NCBI GenBank assembly: GCA_039630575.1
Contig: JBCNUW010000016.1
Coordinates: forward strand, 1 to 46,289
Origin: Candidatus Hydrothermales bacterium
GTDB taxonomy: Bacteria; Hydrothermota; Hydrothermia; Hydrothermales; JAJRUZ01
Length of the DNA: 46,289 nt
Reading direction: 5' to 3'
In this document: piece by piece, positions 27,826 to 37,492 of the stretch
How positions within the stretch are numbered: position 1 is the first letter of the stretch
Layout: every line of letters starts with the position of its first letter
The notes under the pieces: model-generated
What the model was told of the DNA's origin: nothing
The model's database searches: none
The model's input: the letters and a program-made list of their open reading frames with translations, nothing else
Program-made: the position numbers and the translations under genes

Positions 27826-29106
27826 TCAAAAGGTTAAAGTTACTCCATAAAGAGTGGATTCGTACTTAATCTTGGTTTCTTTTAATTTAAATAAAGAAGC
27901 AATATATAAGATATGTGCCTCTAAGGATTTTCTTAGAGTATCAAGAAAATCACTGTTTGATATAAAACCTTTTTCGTATTGACTTCTTGAAATTCTTATT
28001 GATTTTTCAGCAAGCTCAACTGTTATCTTAGCAGACTCATAAGCTCTAAGTGCTGCCTCAAACTCTCTTCTTGCTGAAATAATCTCCTCTTCACCTTTCT
28101 TCCTTAAAAATTCAAGAACATATTCGGTAGCTTTTTTTTCAGAATCCTTTTTTCTTATCTCATCTAACTTTTTCCCAAAGTCAAACAGATCTAAAGATAA
28201 ACCAAGGTAAAACTGAAAATAAGATCCCCATTCATCCTTAAAAAATCCGTAAGGTTTTCCATACACATAATTTACACTTCCAAAAATTTTGGGAAGAAAA
28301 TTAGAATAGGTCGATTTCTTACTATATTCAAGTGATTCAACATTTTTACTTATAATTTCCAAATCAATCCTCTTTTTTATTTTTTCTTCAAGTACTGTAT
28401 CGACCTTTAAGGAATCAGTTAAAATAATTTCGTCTTTATCATTAATGTTGCAAAAAGTTTTGATTAGAGAAAGCACTTTGATATAGTTTTTTTCAAAGTC
28501 AGAGAGGGTAGATTCTAAATTTTTCTTCTCAACTTCACTTCTTAAAACATCAAGTTCTACTGTAAAACCAGACTCAAATCTCTTCCTCGCAATTTTAACA
28601 TGCTCATTAAGAATTCCTATGATCTCCTTATATTTCTCTATAGCAGATTTTAAAAAAAGACCTTGACTATACAAAATTCTTACCAACAATTCAATCTCTT
28701 TTTCTTTTAATTCCTTTTCCTTAATTTTAGAATCTTTGAGAGAATTGATCATTTTTAAAAGATAAAATCTATGTAAACCAGAAAATAAAAGCCATTCTAA
28801 AGAAATGTTTAAAATTCTTCTTTCAGGTTTTCCAAATTCAACTTCAACTGGTTTATAAATAGGTTCAAAAGTTATAGGGTCTATACCAACTAAAACATAC
28901 TGTGTGATCTTATCAACAAAGGTAGAATAGGAGTAAGTAAAGTTAGATTTTATCTCTGGTAAAAAAGACTTAATAATTTGGTTCCTACTATAATTTAATG
29001 CCTTTATTTCTTCAATTTTAGACTTTATAATCGGGTTAGAAAGAGAAAGTTCAACAGCTTTGTCCTCAGAGAGATGTATTGCAAAAATTAAAAATAATTT
29101 TATCAT
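27826..29106 (-). CDS. TolC-family outer-membrane efflux protein
   Basis: Two repeats with FLPEI/FLPKI, RFESG/QYEKG; operon context. Confidence 0.88.
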   Translation of the reverse strand: MIKLFLIFAIHLSEDKAVELSLSNPIIKSKIEEIKALNYSRNQIIKSFLPEIKSNFTYSYSTFVDKITQYVLVGIDPITFEPIYKPVEVEFGKPERRILNISLEWLLFSGLHRFYLLKMINSLKDSKIKEKELKEKEIELLVRILYSQGLFLKSAIEKYKEIIGILNEHVKIARKRFESGFTVELDVLRSEVEKKNLESTLSDFEKNYIKVLSLIKTFCNINDKDEIILTDSLKVDTVLEEKIKKRIDLEIISKNVESLEYSKKSTYSNFLPKIFGSVNYVYGKPYGFFKDEWGSYFQFYLGLSLDLFDFGKKLDEIRKKDSEKKATEYVLEFLRKKGEEEIISARREFEAALRAYESAKITVELAEKSIRISRSQYEKGFISNSDFLDTLRKSLEAHILYIASLFKLKETKIKYESTLYGVTLTF

Positions 29107-29135
29107 TTTAGCCTCCTTATTTAATATTTAAAAAT

Positions 29136-29780
29136 TTATGATAATATTTTTGGGCAAAATTCTTCAACTGGACAAATTTCACAGCTAGGCTTTACAGGTT
29201 TACATATTCCTTGACCAAAGGCAACCAGTGTTTTGTTTATTCTTTTCCAATATTTCTTTCTAAAAATAGCTTTGAGGTTTTCCTCTGTTTCTTTTGGGTT
29301 TTTTGTCTTTATCCATCCAAGTCTATTAGATATTCTATGAACATGCGTATCAACACATATCTCATCCTTTTTGAAAATTTCTTGGAGAACAAGATTAGCA
29401 ACTTTCCTTCCTACACCAGGCAATTTAATAAGTTCATTAAATTCACCTGGTATTTTACCAGAATAATCTTCTAAAATAACTTCAGCTAATCTTTTTAATA
29501 TTCTTGCTTTATTTCTGTAGAACCCGATAGGGTATATAATCTTTTCTAATTCATCTAATTTAATTTCTCTTAAATCATAAAAGTCTTTTATTCTTTTTAA
29601 AAAATTTTTTAAAACTTTTGCTGTTACTTCATCTTTAGTTCTTGTAGATAAAATTGCAGAAATCAGAATGGAGAAATCAGAGTTCCTCTTTATTGCAATT
29701 AGCGAATTTAAGGGAACCTTTAAATTCTTTGTGTATTTTTCGATTTTTTCAAAAATAAATTCTGGTTTAGATTTTTTCAT
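29136..29780 (-). CDS. nth: Endonuclease III
   Basis: LPGVGRKVAN HhH, VDTHVHRI, C-x6-C-x2-C-x5-C cluster. Confidence 0.95.
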   Translation of the reverse strand: MKKSKPEFIFEKIEKYTKNLKVPLNSLIAIKRNSDFSILISAILSTRTKDEVTAKVLKNFLKRIKDFYDLREIKLDELEKIIYPIGFYRNKARILKRLAEVILEDYSGKIPGEFNELIKLPGVGRKVANLVLQEIFKKDEICVDTHVHRISNRLGWIKTKNPKETEENLKAIFRKKYWKRINKTLVAFGQGICKPVKPSCEICPVEEFCPKILS

Positions 29781-30262
29781 AGATAAATACCTTCAAGTTC
29801 AAGTAATCTTTTTTTCCACTTTAAACCATAAGAAAAACCAGAAATTTTATTTTTTCCAACCACCCTGTGGCAAGGAATTATTATGGGGAAAGGATTTCTG
29901 TTTAAGGATCTTCCTACTGCTCTTTTTAAATTATAATTACCAACTCTTTTTGCAAGTTCAGAATATGTAATTTTTGTTCCCCATTTTACTTTTGATAATT
30001 CCTTAAAAACTTTTTTCTGAAAATCACTTAATATCTCATAATCGATTAACTTTAAGGAATTTTTAAAATTTTCTCTTTTTCCCGAAAGATAATTTTCAAA
30101 TTCTTTAATTACTTCAAAAAACTTTTTTTCTATTTTACCTTCAACTATAAACCTTTTAAAACATTTTAAATTTTCTAGTTCAATTTTTTTTATTTTTTCA
30201 TTTTCAAATTTTATAGAAATTTTACCAATTTTAGATTTTAAACTAACTGTGAAGTCTTTCAT
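29777..30262 (-). CDS. ogt: Methylated-DNA--protein-cysteine S-methyltransferase
   Basis: RAVG, NPFPIIIPCHRVV. Confidence 0.95.
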   Translation of the reverse strand: MKDFTVSLKSKIGKISIKFENEKIKKIELENLKCFKRFIVEGKIEKKFFEVIKEFENYLSGKRENFKNSLKLIDYEILSDFQKKVFKELSKVKWGTKITYSELAKRVGNYNLKRAVGRSLNRNPFPIIIPCHRVVGKNKISGFSYGLKWKKRLLELEGIYL

Positions 30263-32048
30263 AAATTATTTCTGCAAGTTTTTTTCCGATGCCTCTGACT
30301 TTTGAAATTTCATCAACACTAGCACCTTTCAATCTTTCAATAGACCCAAAGTATCTAAGAATTTCAACTTTCTTTTTCTCACCTATCCCTGGGATTCCAT
30401 CAAGTTCAGAAATTTTAATTTTTTTTACCATCTTATCTCTATGATAAGTCAAGGCAAATCTGTGAGCCTCACCTCTTATGCCTCTTAAAAGTTTTATTGC
30501 ACTAGACTTTTTAGGAATCATAACCACTCTACCATCAGGAAAGTAAAGTTGATCATAAGTTTTAGCAAAAGCACATATCGCAACATCGCTAATATCAAGT
30601 TCTCTCAGTGCCTTTACGGCAGCAGAAAGTTGAGCTTTTCCTCCATCGATTATAAAAAGATCTGGTAGTTTTCCGTTTTCCTCTTTTAATCTTTTAAACC
30701 TCCTTTTAACAACCTCATAAACCATATGTGGATCTGACTTTATATCTTCTGTTTTTATTTTGAATTTTCTATATAGTTTTTTATCCTTTTTTCCATTCTT
30801 AAAAACTACAATAGCAGCTACTCTTTCATCACCAAAAGAGTGAGAGATATCTAAACATTCAATGTGAATCGGATGAAAGGGTAAATTCAAATTTTCTTTA
30901 AGTTCTACAACAGATTTAGATATTATTACCTTACCTTTTTTCTCACTAAAATATTCTTCTAATTTATATTCAGCATTCTCCTTTGCCATTTTTATAAGTT
31001 TTTCTTCATCGTTATTCTGCGGTTCTCTAAAACGGATAGAAACATTCCTTTTAATCCTAAGAGCTTCCTGTACTTCATAGTGATCTTCTCTAAGCATCTC
31101 AACAACAACTTCTTCAGAACCAATAATTCCAGAGAGATAATACTGAGAGATGAAAGAAAATATTACTTCCTTTTCATCAGAGGAAATTGGGTTATCAAGT
31201 ATAAAGCTTTCTATGTCAATTAATTTCCCATTTCTTACACGTAATATACAAACTGAGGCAAAAGGATAGTGTACGCTTGCAGCCAGAACATCAATTGATT
31301 TATTTTCATCTAATACGGCAGTTTGTGTCCTTGAGATTTCTCTAATGGAGTACAAGATATCTCTTAATCTTGCGGCTTTTTCAAAATCTAAATTTTCTTT
31401 TAGTTTTTCAATTTCATCTAAAAGGTAATCTTCTACACTTTTAGTGTTACCCGAAAAGAAAAAAACTAACTTTTTTACAACTTCTCTATATTCCTCTGCG
31501 CTAACAAGACCTTCAACACAGGGAGCTGGACATCTTTTAAGATCGTATTCAAGACATGGATTTATTTTTCTTTTTGAAGGTAGGACATACTTGCAAGTCC
31601 TTATTGGAAAAATTTTCAAAGCAACTCTTAGTGCTTTTCTTAAAGATTTTGCTGAGTGAAAAGGTCCTATTAAAAGTGAACCATCATCTCTTAGGTCTCT
31701 TGTTGTAAAAATTCTTGGAAATTTCTCATTAACAGTTAATTTAATATAAGGATACTTTTTATCATCTCTTAATCTTATGTTAAATCTCGGTTTTTTACTT
31801 TTTATTAGGTTATTTTCAAGAAGAAGAGCTTCAGGCTCAGAGGCAGTTGTTATGAATTGAAATGTGTTTATCCTATTTAGTAGCAGTCTCAATCTTGGGT
31901 TTTCATATTCAACAGTCATATGAGTTTTTAATCTTTCTTTTAAGTTTCTTGCTTTACCTACATACAGTAAATTTCCCTTTTTATCAAAAAAAAGATAAAC
32001 TCCTGGTTTTTCTGGAACATTAAAGAGATTATCTTTCTTAAACTCCAT
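30243..32048 (-). CDS. uvrC: Excinuclease ABC subunit C
   Basis: PGVY...LYVGKARNL GIY-YIG, FEKAARLRD, DISH, IDGGKAQ, EAHRFA, HhH. Confidence 0.97.
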   Translation of the reverse strand: MEFKKDNLFNVPEKPGVYLFFDKKGNLLYVGKARNLKERLKTHMTVEYENPRLRLLLNRINTFQFITTASEPEALLLENNLIKSKKPRFNIRLRDDKKYPYIKLTVNEKFPRIFTTRDLRDDGSLLIGPFHSAKSLRKALRVALKIFPIRTCKYVLPSKRKINPCLEYDLKRCPAPCVEGLVSAEEYREVVKKLVFFFSGNTKSVEDYLLDEIEKLKENLDFEKAARLRDILYSIREISRTQTAVLDENKSIDVLAASVHYPFASVCILRVRNGKLIDIESFILDNPISSDEKEVIFSFISQYYLSGIIGSEEVVVEMLREDHYEVQEALRIKRNVSIRFREPQNNDEEKLIKMAKENAEYKLEEYFSEKKGKVIISKSVVELKENLNLPFHPIHIECLDISHSFGDERVAAIVVFKNGKKDKKLYRKFKIKTEDIKSDPHMVYEVVKRRFKRLKEENGKLPDLFIIDGGKAQLSAAVKALRELDISDVAICAFAKTYDQLYFPDGRVVMIPKKSSAIKLLRGIRGEAHRFALTYHRDKMVKKIKISELDGIPGIGEKKKVEILRYFGSIERLKGASVDEISKVRGIGKKLAEIIYERLHS

Positions 32049-32055
32049 AGATTAC

Positions 32056-32084
32056 ATATTAACAATAAAACAGGTTCTTTTCAA
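32056..32084 (-). promoter_or_regulatory. sigma70-type promoter, probably leaderless uvrC mRNA
   Basis: TTGAAA-17 nt-(TGn)TAATAT-7 nt-ATG; no SD. Confidence 0.68.
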
Positions 32085-32100
32085 ATAATAAAAATTTCAC

Positions 32101-32544
32101 TCAGTCTTTCTTAAAAATTCTCCTTTTTTCTTCTTTATATTCCTTTAAAATTTCTCTTATTTCGTTAAACCTTTCACTACCCAATTTTTCATAAACCTTT
32201 CTAAAGCCTCTTATTTGCTTTAATCTTAAATTTTCACCGAGATGGGAAATTTCTTTTATAATTTTTTCAACTTTGTCAAAATCAATCTTTTCGGACTTTA
32301 TTATTTCTTGAAGCTCAATTTCTTTAATTTTTATATCGGACTTAATTTTTTCTGTTTCTTTTTTAAGATCAAAATAAAGAGTTTTCAAAAATTCTATTTC
32401 ATCTTTTGAGAGGTTTACCTCTTTTTGGAGATTTTTATTAAAGGCTAAGGACCTTAAAATTATTTCAGGATTTTTTCTTAGTAAAAATTTTTGAAGAGCT
32501 CCCTCGTGATATGACAAAATTAAGGATATTATTAAAGCATTCAT
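32101..32544 (-). CDS. Periplasmic Spy/CpxP/heavy-metal-sensor-like helical protein
   Basis: Short hydrophobic N-terminus; EVNLSKDEI...KEIELQEII...IDFDKVEKIIKEIS pattern. Confidence 0.6.
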   Translation of the reverse strand: MNALIISLILSYHEGALQKFLLRKNPEIILRSLAFNKNLQKEVNLSKDEIEFLKTLYFDLKKETEKIKSDIKIKEIELQEIIKSEKIDFDKVEKIIKEISHLGENLRLKQIRGFRKVYEKLGSERFNEIREILKEYKEEKRRIFKKD

Positions 32545-32562
32545 GGCATTTCTTAATTTAGG

Positions 32563-32573
32563 GGATTTGAACC
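32563..32573 (-). promoter_or_regulatory. T-arm-like leader motif upstream of the Spy/CpxP-like gene
   Basis: GG-TTCAAAT-CC, 18 nt before ATG 32544; no SD. Confidence 0.6.
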
Positions 32574-32584
32574 TTTTATTTATA

Positions 32585-32613
32585 TTAGACGAAATTTAAA
32601 ATAAATTTGTTCA
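32585..32613 (-). promoter_or_regulatory. ECF sigma-type promoter
   Basis: TGAACA-16 nt-CGTCTAA (AAC/CGT signature). Confidence 0.55.
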
Positions 32614-32632
32614 TTTTTTATAATTATTTAAA

Positions 32633-33670
32633 GTGAAAAAAGAAAAAAGAAAATGTGAAAAGCATCCTGAAAAGTTTTTGACAAGAAGATGTTTTAGATG
32701 TAAAAAAGAAATCTGTTCCGTTTGTTCTCAAAAAAAGTTTCGACATTTTTTCTGCTCAAGCAAGTGTAGTTATTTATATTTGTATGAGAATTTTAAAAAA
32801 AATTTAAAAAAGAAAAAGATCTATAAAGATCCACTTTCATACCCTTTTTTAAGAATTATATTTTTTATGTCCCTTTTTTTATTCTTATTATCTTTTTATC
32901 TTATGTATAAAAAACCACTCTTAGAAAAAAGAGAGTATTTTGTAAAAAAAATTTTTGTGAAAGAAAAATCATTAAAATTTATTAATGATGCTTCTATAGT
33001 AAGATTTAATACTGACAAAAAAGAAATATATCTAACTTTTGATGGAGGTAGTTACGCTCAAAGGGCAAGTCTTATACTAGATGTTTTGAGAAAAAATAAT
33101 ATCAAAACATCTTTCTTCTTAACAGGAGAGTTTATTAAAAAATTCCCAGAAATCGTTAAAAAAATAATTAAAGATTCTCATGAAGTTTTGAATCATACCT
33201 ATTCACACCCCCATCTTACTACTTATGAAATAAATAGGAAAAATTTTACAAAAAAAGATATTTCACCAGAAAAAATCTTTGGCGAACTTTTTAGAACCGA
33301 AGAATTGTATGAAAAGTTAACTGGTAACAAAATGGAATATATTTGGAGAGCACCCTATGGGGAAGAAAATAGGGAAATAATAAGATGGGCAAGTAGAATG
33401 GGTTATGTCCATGTAAGGTGGTCCTTCGATTTTCTTGATTGGAAAAGTGTTAAAGACTATAAGAAAAGATTTATAGAATTTTTAAAAATAAAAGATAAAA
33501 GAGGATATATTCTACTTTTACACCTTGGTTCACCTGAAAACGACACAGGAGATTATAGAGTTTTTCTTTTAAATCTAATAAAAGAGCTAAAATCACAAGG
33601 ATACGAATTTAAAAAAATTTCGGAAGGATTAAAAAATGAAAAAATCTATTATCAATTGACAGACTATTAA
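32633..33670 (+). CDS. Polysaccharide deacetylase (NodB/CE4) with N-terminal B-box-like Zn finger and TM helix
   Basis: CEKH...CFRC...CSVC...CSSKC; LTFDGG, NHTYSHPHL, RAPYG, DFLDW, LLLH. Confidence 0.88.
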   Translation: MKKEKRKCEKHPEKFLTRRCFRCKKEICSVCSQKKFRHFFCSSKCSYLYLYENFKKNLKKKKIYKDPLSYPFLRIIFFMSLFLFLLSFYLMYKKPLLEKREYFVKKIFVKEKSLKFINDASIVRFNTDKKEIYLTFDGGSYAQRASLILDVLRKNNIKTSFFLTGEFIKKFPEIVKKIIKDSHEVLNHTYSHPHLTTYEINRKNFTKKDISPEKIFGELFRTEELYEKLTGNKMEYIWRAPYGEENREIIRWASRMGYVHVRWSFDFLDWKSVKDYKKRFIEFLKIKDKRGYILLLHLGSPENDTGDYRVFLLNLIKELKSQGYEFKKISEGLKNEKIYYQLTDY

Positions 33671-33683
33671 TTTTCCTTATAAT
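33656..33683 (+). promoter_or_regulatory. sigma70-type promoter
   Basis: TTGACA-16 nt-TATAAT then AAGGAG SD. Confidence 0.7.
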
Positions 33684-33700
33684 ATTTAAAAAAGGAGAAA

Positions 33701-36178
33701 ATGATGAAAAACTTTATAAATACCTTTCTCATACTAATAAGCTTTAATAGTCTAAAAGCTAATTTATCTATTACACATGAAGAAAAAATAGAAAATTTGA
33801 TAGGTGAATATATGGGTTTTGAGAGAAATCTGGGTCAAATAAAGGATTTTGAGGGTAAACCTATCAATAATGTTCTTCTAACCGCAAAACTTAAAGGATA
33901 CAGAATATTTATAACAAAAAGTGGTGTAAGTTATGTAATTTATAAACCTACAAATTCTAAGTTGGAGTGTGCAAGGATTGATGTTGAGCTTGTTGGTGCA
34001 GATATAAAAGGTGAAAATATGGAATTTTTTGATGTTTTACCTGGTTATTCAAATTATTATTTACCCCCATGTCCTGAAGGAATTTTGGGTGTTATGTCTT
34101 ATGAGAAAGTTAAAATAAAAAATATATATCCTGGAGTTGATTGGTTGTGGAAATATGAGGATAAAAAACTTCACCACGAATTCGAGATTAAAAAAGGAGC
34201 AGATATTTCAAAAATAAGAATTAGGGTAAAGGGAGCAGAAGTTAATATCAGTAAAAATAGAAAAAAACTTATTTTTTCAACACCTATTGGAATTATAGAG
34301 GATGGCGATATAAAATCTTATGGAAAGGAAAGTTTGCAAGAAGTCGAAGTTTTTTATAAAAAAGATAGTAAAAATGAAATTTCTTTTGAAGTTAAAAATT
34401 TTAACAAAAAAGAAGACTTAATCATAGACCCTCCTTTATCACTTTTATGGGGGACTTATTACGGAGGAAACAGTTTCGATTATGGTTATTCAGTTAAAAT
34501 TGACGGTTCTGGTAATGTATTTGTAACTGGACATACCTTATCGACAGATTTTCCAACTTTTGATCCAGGAACTGGAGGCTATTATGACAACACTCATAAC
34601 GGACAAACAGATGTTTTTATTTTAAAATTCAACAATCTAGGAATAAGGCAATGGGCTACTTATTATGGTGGAAATAATTACGATGAGAGCTTCTCACTTG
34701 CAGTTGATGTTTCAGGTAATATTTTTATAACTGGAAGAACCCAGTCAACTGATTTTCCTACTTATAATCCACCTGGTCCAGACTATTATGATGGTACACA
34801 CAATGGATTAAATGACGTTTTTATTTTAAAGTTTAATAACCAAGGAGTGAGGTTATGGGCTACTTTTTATGGAGGAAATAGTCATGATGAAGGTTTTTCG
34901 ATTACAGTGGATGGCTCAAATAATATTTTTTTGACCGGATCCACCTTCTCAACTGATTTTCCAACTGATAATCCGGGGGGTGGTGCCTATTACCAAGGAA
35001 CAAATTCAGGTTATTGGGATGCTTTTATCTTAAAGTTTAGTAATCAAGAAGTAAGGCTTTGGGCTACTTATTATGGAGGAAGTGCCTATGATCATGGTAT
35101 TTCAATTACAGTGGATGGTTCAGGAAATATTTTTATAACCGGAACTACACAGTCAACCAATTTTCCTACTTACTTTCCAGGCGGTGGTACTTATTTTCAG
35201 GGGGTAAATTATGGAGATTATGATGGTTTTATTTTAAAGTTTAATAATCAAGGAGTAAGGTTATGGGCCACTTATTATGGAGGAAATGCTTTTGATACTG
35301 GTGAGTCAATTACGATTGATGGCTCAGGTAACGTTTATGTAGGTGGGACAACACTATCGTTTAACTTTCCAACTTATAATCCGGGAGGAGGCGCTTATTA
35401 TCAATCATACAATGCGGGTGATCGTGATGTTTTTATTTTAAAGTTTAACAACTTAGGTGCAAGAAAATGGGCTACTTATTATGGAGGAGGCGGGGATGAT
35501 CGTGGAGAATCAATTACAGTGGATGGGTCTGGTAAAGTCTATTTAACTGGGTATACGCGTTCAACCAATTTTCCAATTTATAATCCAGGAGGTGGTGCGT
35601 ATTTCCAAGCAGCAAATGCAGGTTACTATGATGCCTTTTTCTTAAGATTTAGTAATACTGGAGTAAGAGCATGGGCTACTTACTATGGAGGAAGTGATGA
35701 TGACTATGGCCAATCAATAACAACTGATGGTTCAAATAATATTTTTGTAACTGGATTCACTGGTTCATCCAATTTTCCAACTTACAATCCAGGAGGTGGT
35801 GCTTATTATCAAGGGACATATGCAGGCATTATTGATGCTTATATCTTAAAATTTGAAAGAGGAGCTCCATTAGGTGAGTATGATACAAATCCCAAATTTA
35901 AATTAAGTCCAATAAAAATTGAGCCAGAAATTCTTTCAATTTCATCTTTTTTAAAAGATAATCTGACAATAAAATTTTTAAAACCTCTGGAAGAGAAAAT
36001 GGAAATTTTAATTTATAACTCTACTTTTGATTTGGTCTATTCACTAAGGTATCCCTCAAATTATTCAGTAACAATTTCTGATGAAAAATTGAAGAATCTA
36101 AGGAAAGGAATTTATTTTCTTTATGTACTTTCAGGAAAAAGAAAGATTGGTCCATTTAAGATAATAAAAATAGATTAG
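33701..36178 (+). CDS. Secreted SBBP beta-propeller repeat protein with T9SS-like C-terminal domain
   Basis: Signal peptide; FERNLGQ...LIIDP N-domain; seven W[AG]T[YF]YGG repeats; C-terminal LRKGIYFL...KIIKI. Confidence 0.88.
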   Translation: MMKNFINTFLILISFNSLKANLSITHEEKIENLIGEYMGFERNLGQIKDFEGKPINNVLLTAKLKGYRIFITKSGVSYVIYKPTNSKLECARIDVELVGADIKGENMEFFDVLPGYSNYYLPPCPEGILGVMSYEKVKIKNIYPGVDWLWKYEDKKLHHEFEIKKGADISKIRIRVKGAEVNISKNRKKLIFSTPIGIIEDGDIKSYGKESLQEVEVFYKKDSKNEISFEVKNFNKKEDLIIDPPLSLLWGTYYGGNSFDYGYSVKIDGSGNVFVTGHTLSTDFPTFDPGTGGYYDNTHNGQTDVFILKFNNLGIRQWATYYGGNNYDESFSLAVDVSGNIFITGRTQSTDFPTYNPPGPDYYDGTHNGLNDVFILKFNNQGVRLWATFYGGNSHDEGFSITVDGSNNIFLTGSTFSTDFPTDNPGGGAYYQGTNSGYWDAFILKFSNQEVRLWATYYGGSAYDHGISITVDGSGNIFITGTTQSTNFPTYFPGGGTYFQGVNYGDYDGFILKFNNQGVRLWATYYGGNAFDTGESITIDGSGNVYVGGTTLSFNFPTYNPGGGAYYQSYNAGDRDVFILKFNNLGARKWATYYGGGGDDRGESITVDGSGKVYLTGYTRSTNFPIYNPGGGAYFQAANAGYYDAFFLRFSNTGVRAWATYYGGSDDDYGQSITTDGSNNIFVTGFTGSSNFPTYNPGGGAYYQGTYAGIIDAYILKFERGAPLGEYDTNPKFKLSPIKIEPEILSISSFLKDNLTIKFLKPLEEKMEILIYNSTFDLVYSLRYPSNYSVTISDEKLKNLRKGIYFLYVLSGKRKIGPFKIIKID
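34448..35860 (+). repeat. Seven tandem 204-nt (68-aa) coding repeats
   Basis: Trp codon of each repeat at 34448, 34652, 34856, 35060, 35264, 35468, 35672. Confidence 0.93.
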
Positions 36179-36224
36179 CTTAAATTTAAAAGTTATGTTT
36201 TTGTTAATTAAATGAAATACTAAA

Positions 36225-36791
36225 ATGGAGCCAAAAGAAATACTTGAAAAATTAGAAGTTTTAAAAAGGGGACATTTTCTTTTAACAAGTGGCAATCATT
36301 CAGATGTTTATTTTGAAAAATTCAGAATATTATCCCATCCTACAGAACTTAAAAAACTTCTTGAATTTTCTTACGATTTCATAAAAAAAATTGATTTTGA
36401 AATTATTGTAGGACCCTTCACAGGTGGTGCCATAATTGCAGTAATCCTTGCACTTTTGCTTGATAAAAAAGCAATATTTGCTGAAAAAGAAAATGACAAA
36501 TTCGTAATACGAAGGGATTTCTCAATAAAACCTAACTCAACTTGTTTAGTAGTAGATGATGTAATAACAACAGGGGGTTCAATTATAAAGACTATGAAAG
36601 CTTGTGAAAATATTTTAAAAGTTAACGGAATACTTGTTCTTATAGACAGAAGAGAAAAAGAGGAAAATTTCGAAATACCCTTTTATGCAATTTACAAACA
36701 AAAAGTCAAGATATTTCCTCCAGAGGAATGCCCACTTTGCAAGGAAAATATACCTCTTGAGATACCAGGAGGTAAAAGGAAAGAGGTATAA
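36225..36791 (+). CDS. pyrE: Orotate phosphoribosyltransferase
   Basis: GHFLLTSGNHSDVYFEK, LVVDDVITTGGS, C-terminal CPLC...PGG. Confidence 0.93.
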   Translation: MEPKEILEKLEVLKRGHFLLTSGNHSDVYFEKFRILSHPTELKKLLEFSYDFIKKIDFEIIVGPFTGGAIIAVILALLLDKKAIFAEKENDKFVIRRDFSIKPNSTCLVVDDVITTGGSIIKTMKACENILKVNGILVLIDRREKEENFEIPFYAIYKQKVKIFPPEECPLCKENIPLEIPGGKRKEV

Positions 36792-36805
36792 AGAGTTCAA
36801 AAATA

Positions 36806-37492
36806 TTAAATTAAGTGAATAAAGTCATGTATTAAAAAGTAAATTCTCCCAATTAAAAGCGAGATTCTTGCCATTACTGTATAGCCAAAAGCTGCGCCGA
36901 AACCGATCATTATAAAAATAATACCGACCTTTGCAAATGCCTTTAAAGGACCCTTATGCTCTTTTGAAAAGAAGAAATATGATAAAACAGTAAAAGTTCC
37001 TATAAAAATAATTAGGGAATTTAAAAAGTAAACTGTTTGTGAAAATTGAGGTAAGAACGTATCTTTGACTTGATCGAATATCCTTGCTTTAAAAGTTGGG
37101 TAAAGGGAAAGACCTGAGCCTATTCCCATCAGAAAGGCAATTGGGTATCTTATGAGCCAAGAATATCTTGGAAATAGAAGAGAAAAAAACAAAAGACCAA
37201 AAGAAAGGGGAACAAGATACATAATAAATGAAAAAAAAGCTGAAACAGTAGAGATATTCACAAAAGCTTCTGGCCATATTATTTTATAATAAAAAATTGA
37301 AAATTTCTCAGAGAGGGGTTTTACAATAAATCTTAAAATAGCATTATGCCAGTAAATAGAAGCGTAATAACCAGCCGAAACTCCCACAAAGAGGTGTTCA
37401 GCAAATTTATAAACTGGATTATCTTTAAATAAAAAAGAAAAAATTGCAAGTGTTAAAAAGGCACTTATCCATACCCAGGGATCTAAACTCAT
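36806..37492 (-). CDS. Uncharacterised multi-pass membrane protein (cluster gene 4)
   Basis: About 6 TM segments; LTLAIFSFLFKDNPVYKFAEHLFVGVSAGY, GFGAAFGYTVMARISLLIGR. Confidence 0.85.
   Translation of the reverse strand: MSLDPWVWISAFLTLAIFSFLFKDNPVYKFAEHLFVGVSAGYYASIYWHNAILRFIVKPLSEKFSIFYYKIIWPEAFVNISTVSAFFSFIMYLVPLSFGLLFFSLLFPRYSWLIRYPIAFLMGIGSGLSLYPTFKARIFDQVKDTFLPQFSQTVYFLNSLIIFIGTFTVLSYFFFSKEHKGPLKAFAKVGIIFIMIGFGAAFGYTVMARISLLIGRIYFLIHDFIHLI

Noticed and set aside
34448..35860. CRISPR array or DGR template/variable repeats
   Set aside because: Repeats are in-frame protein repeats, differences do not appear confined to adenines, and no cas or reverse transcriptase gene is in the window.
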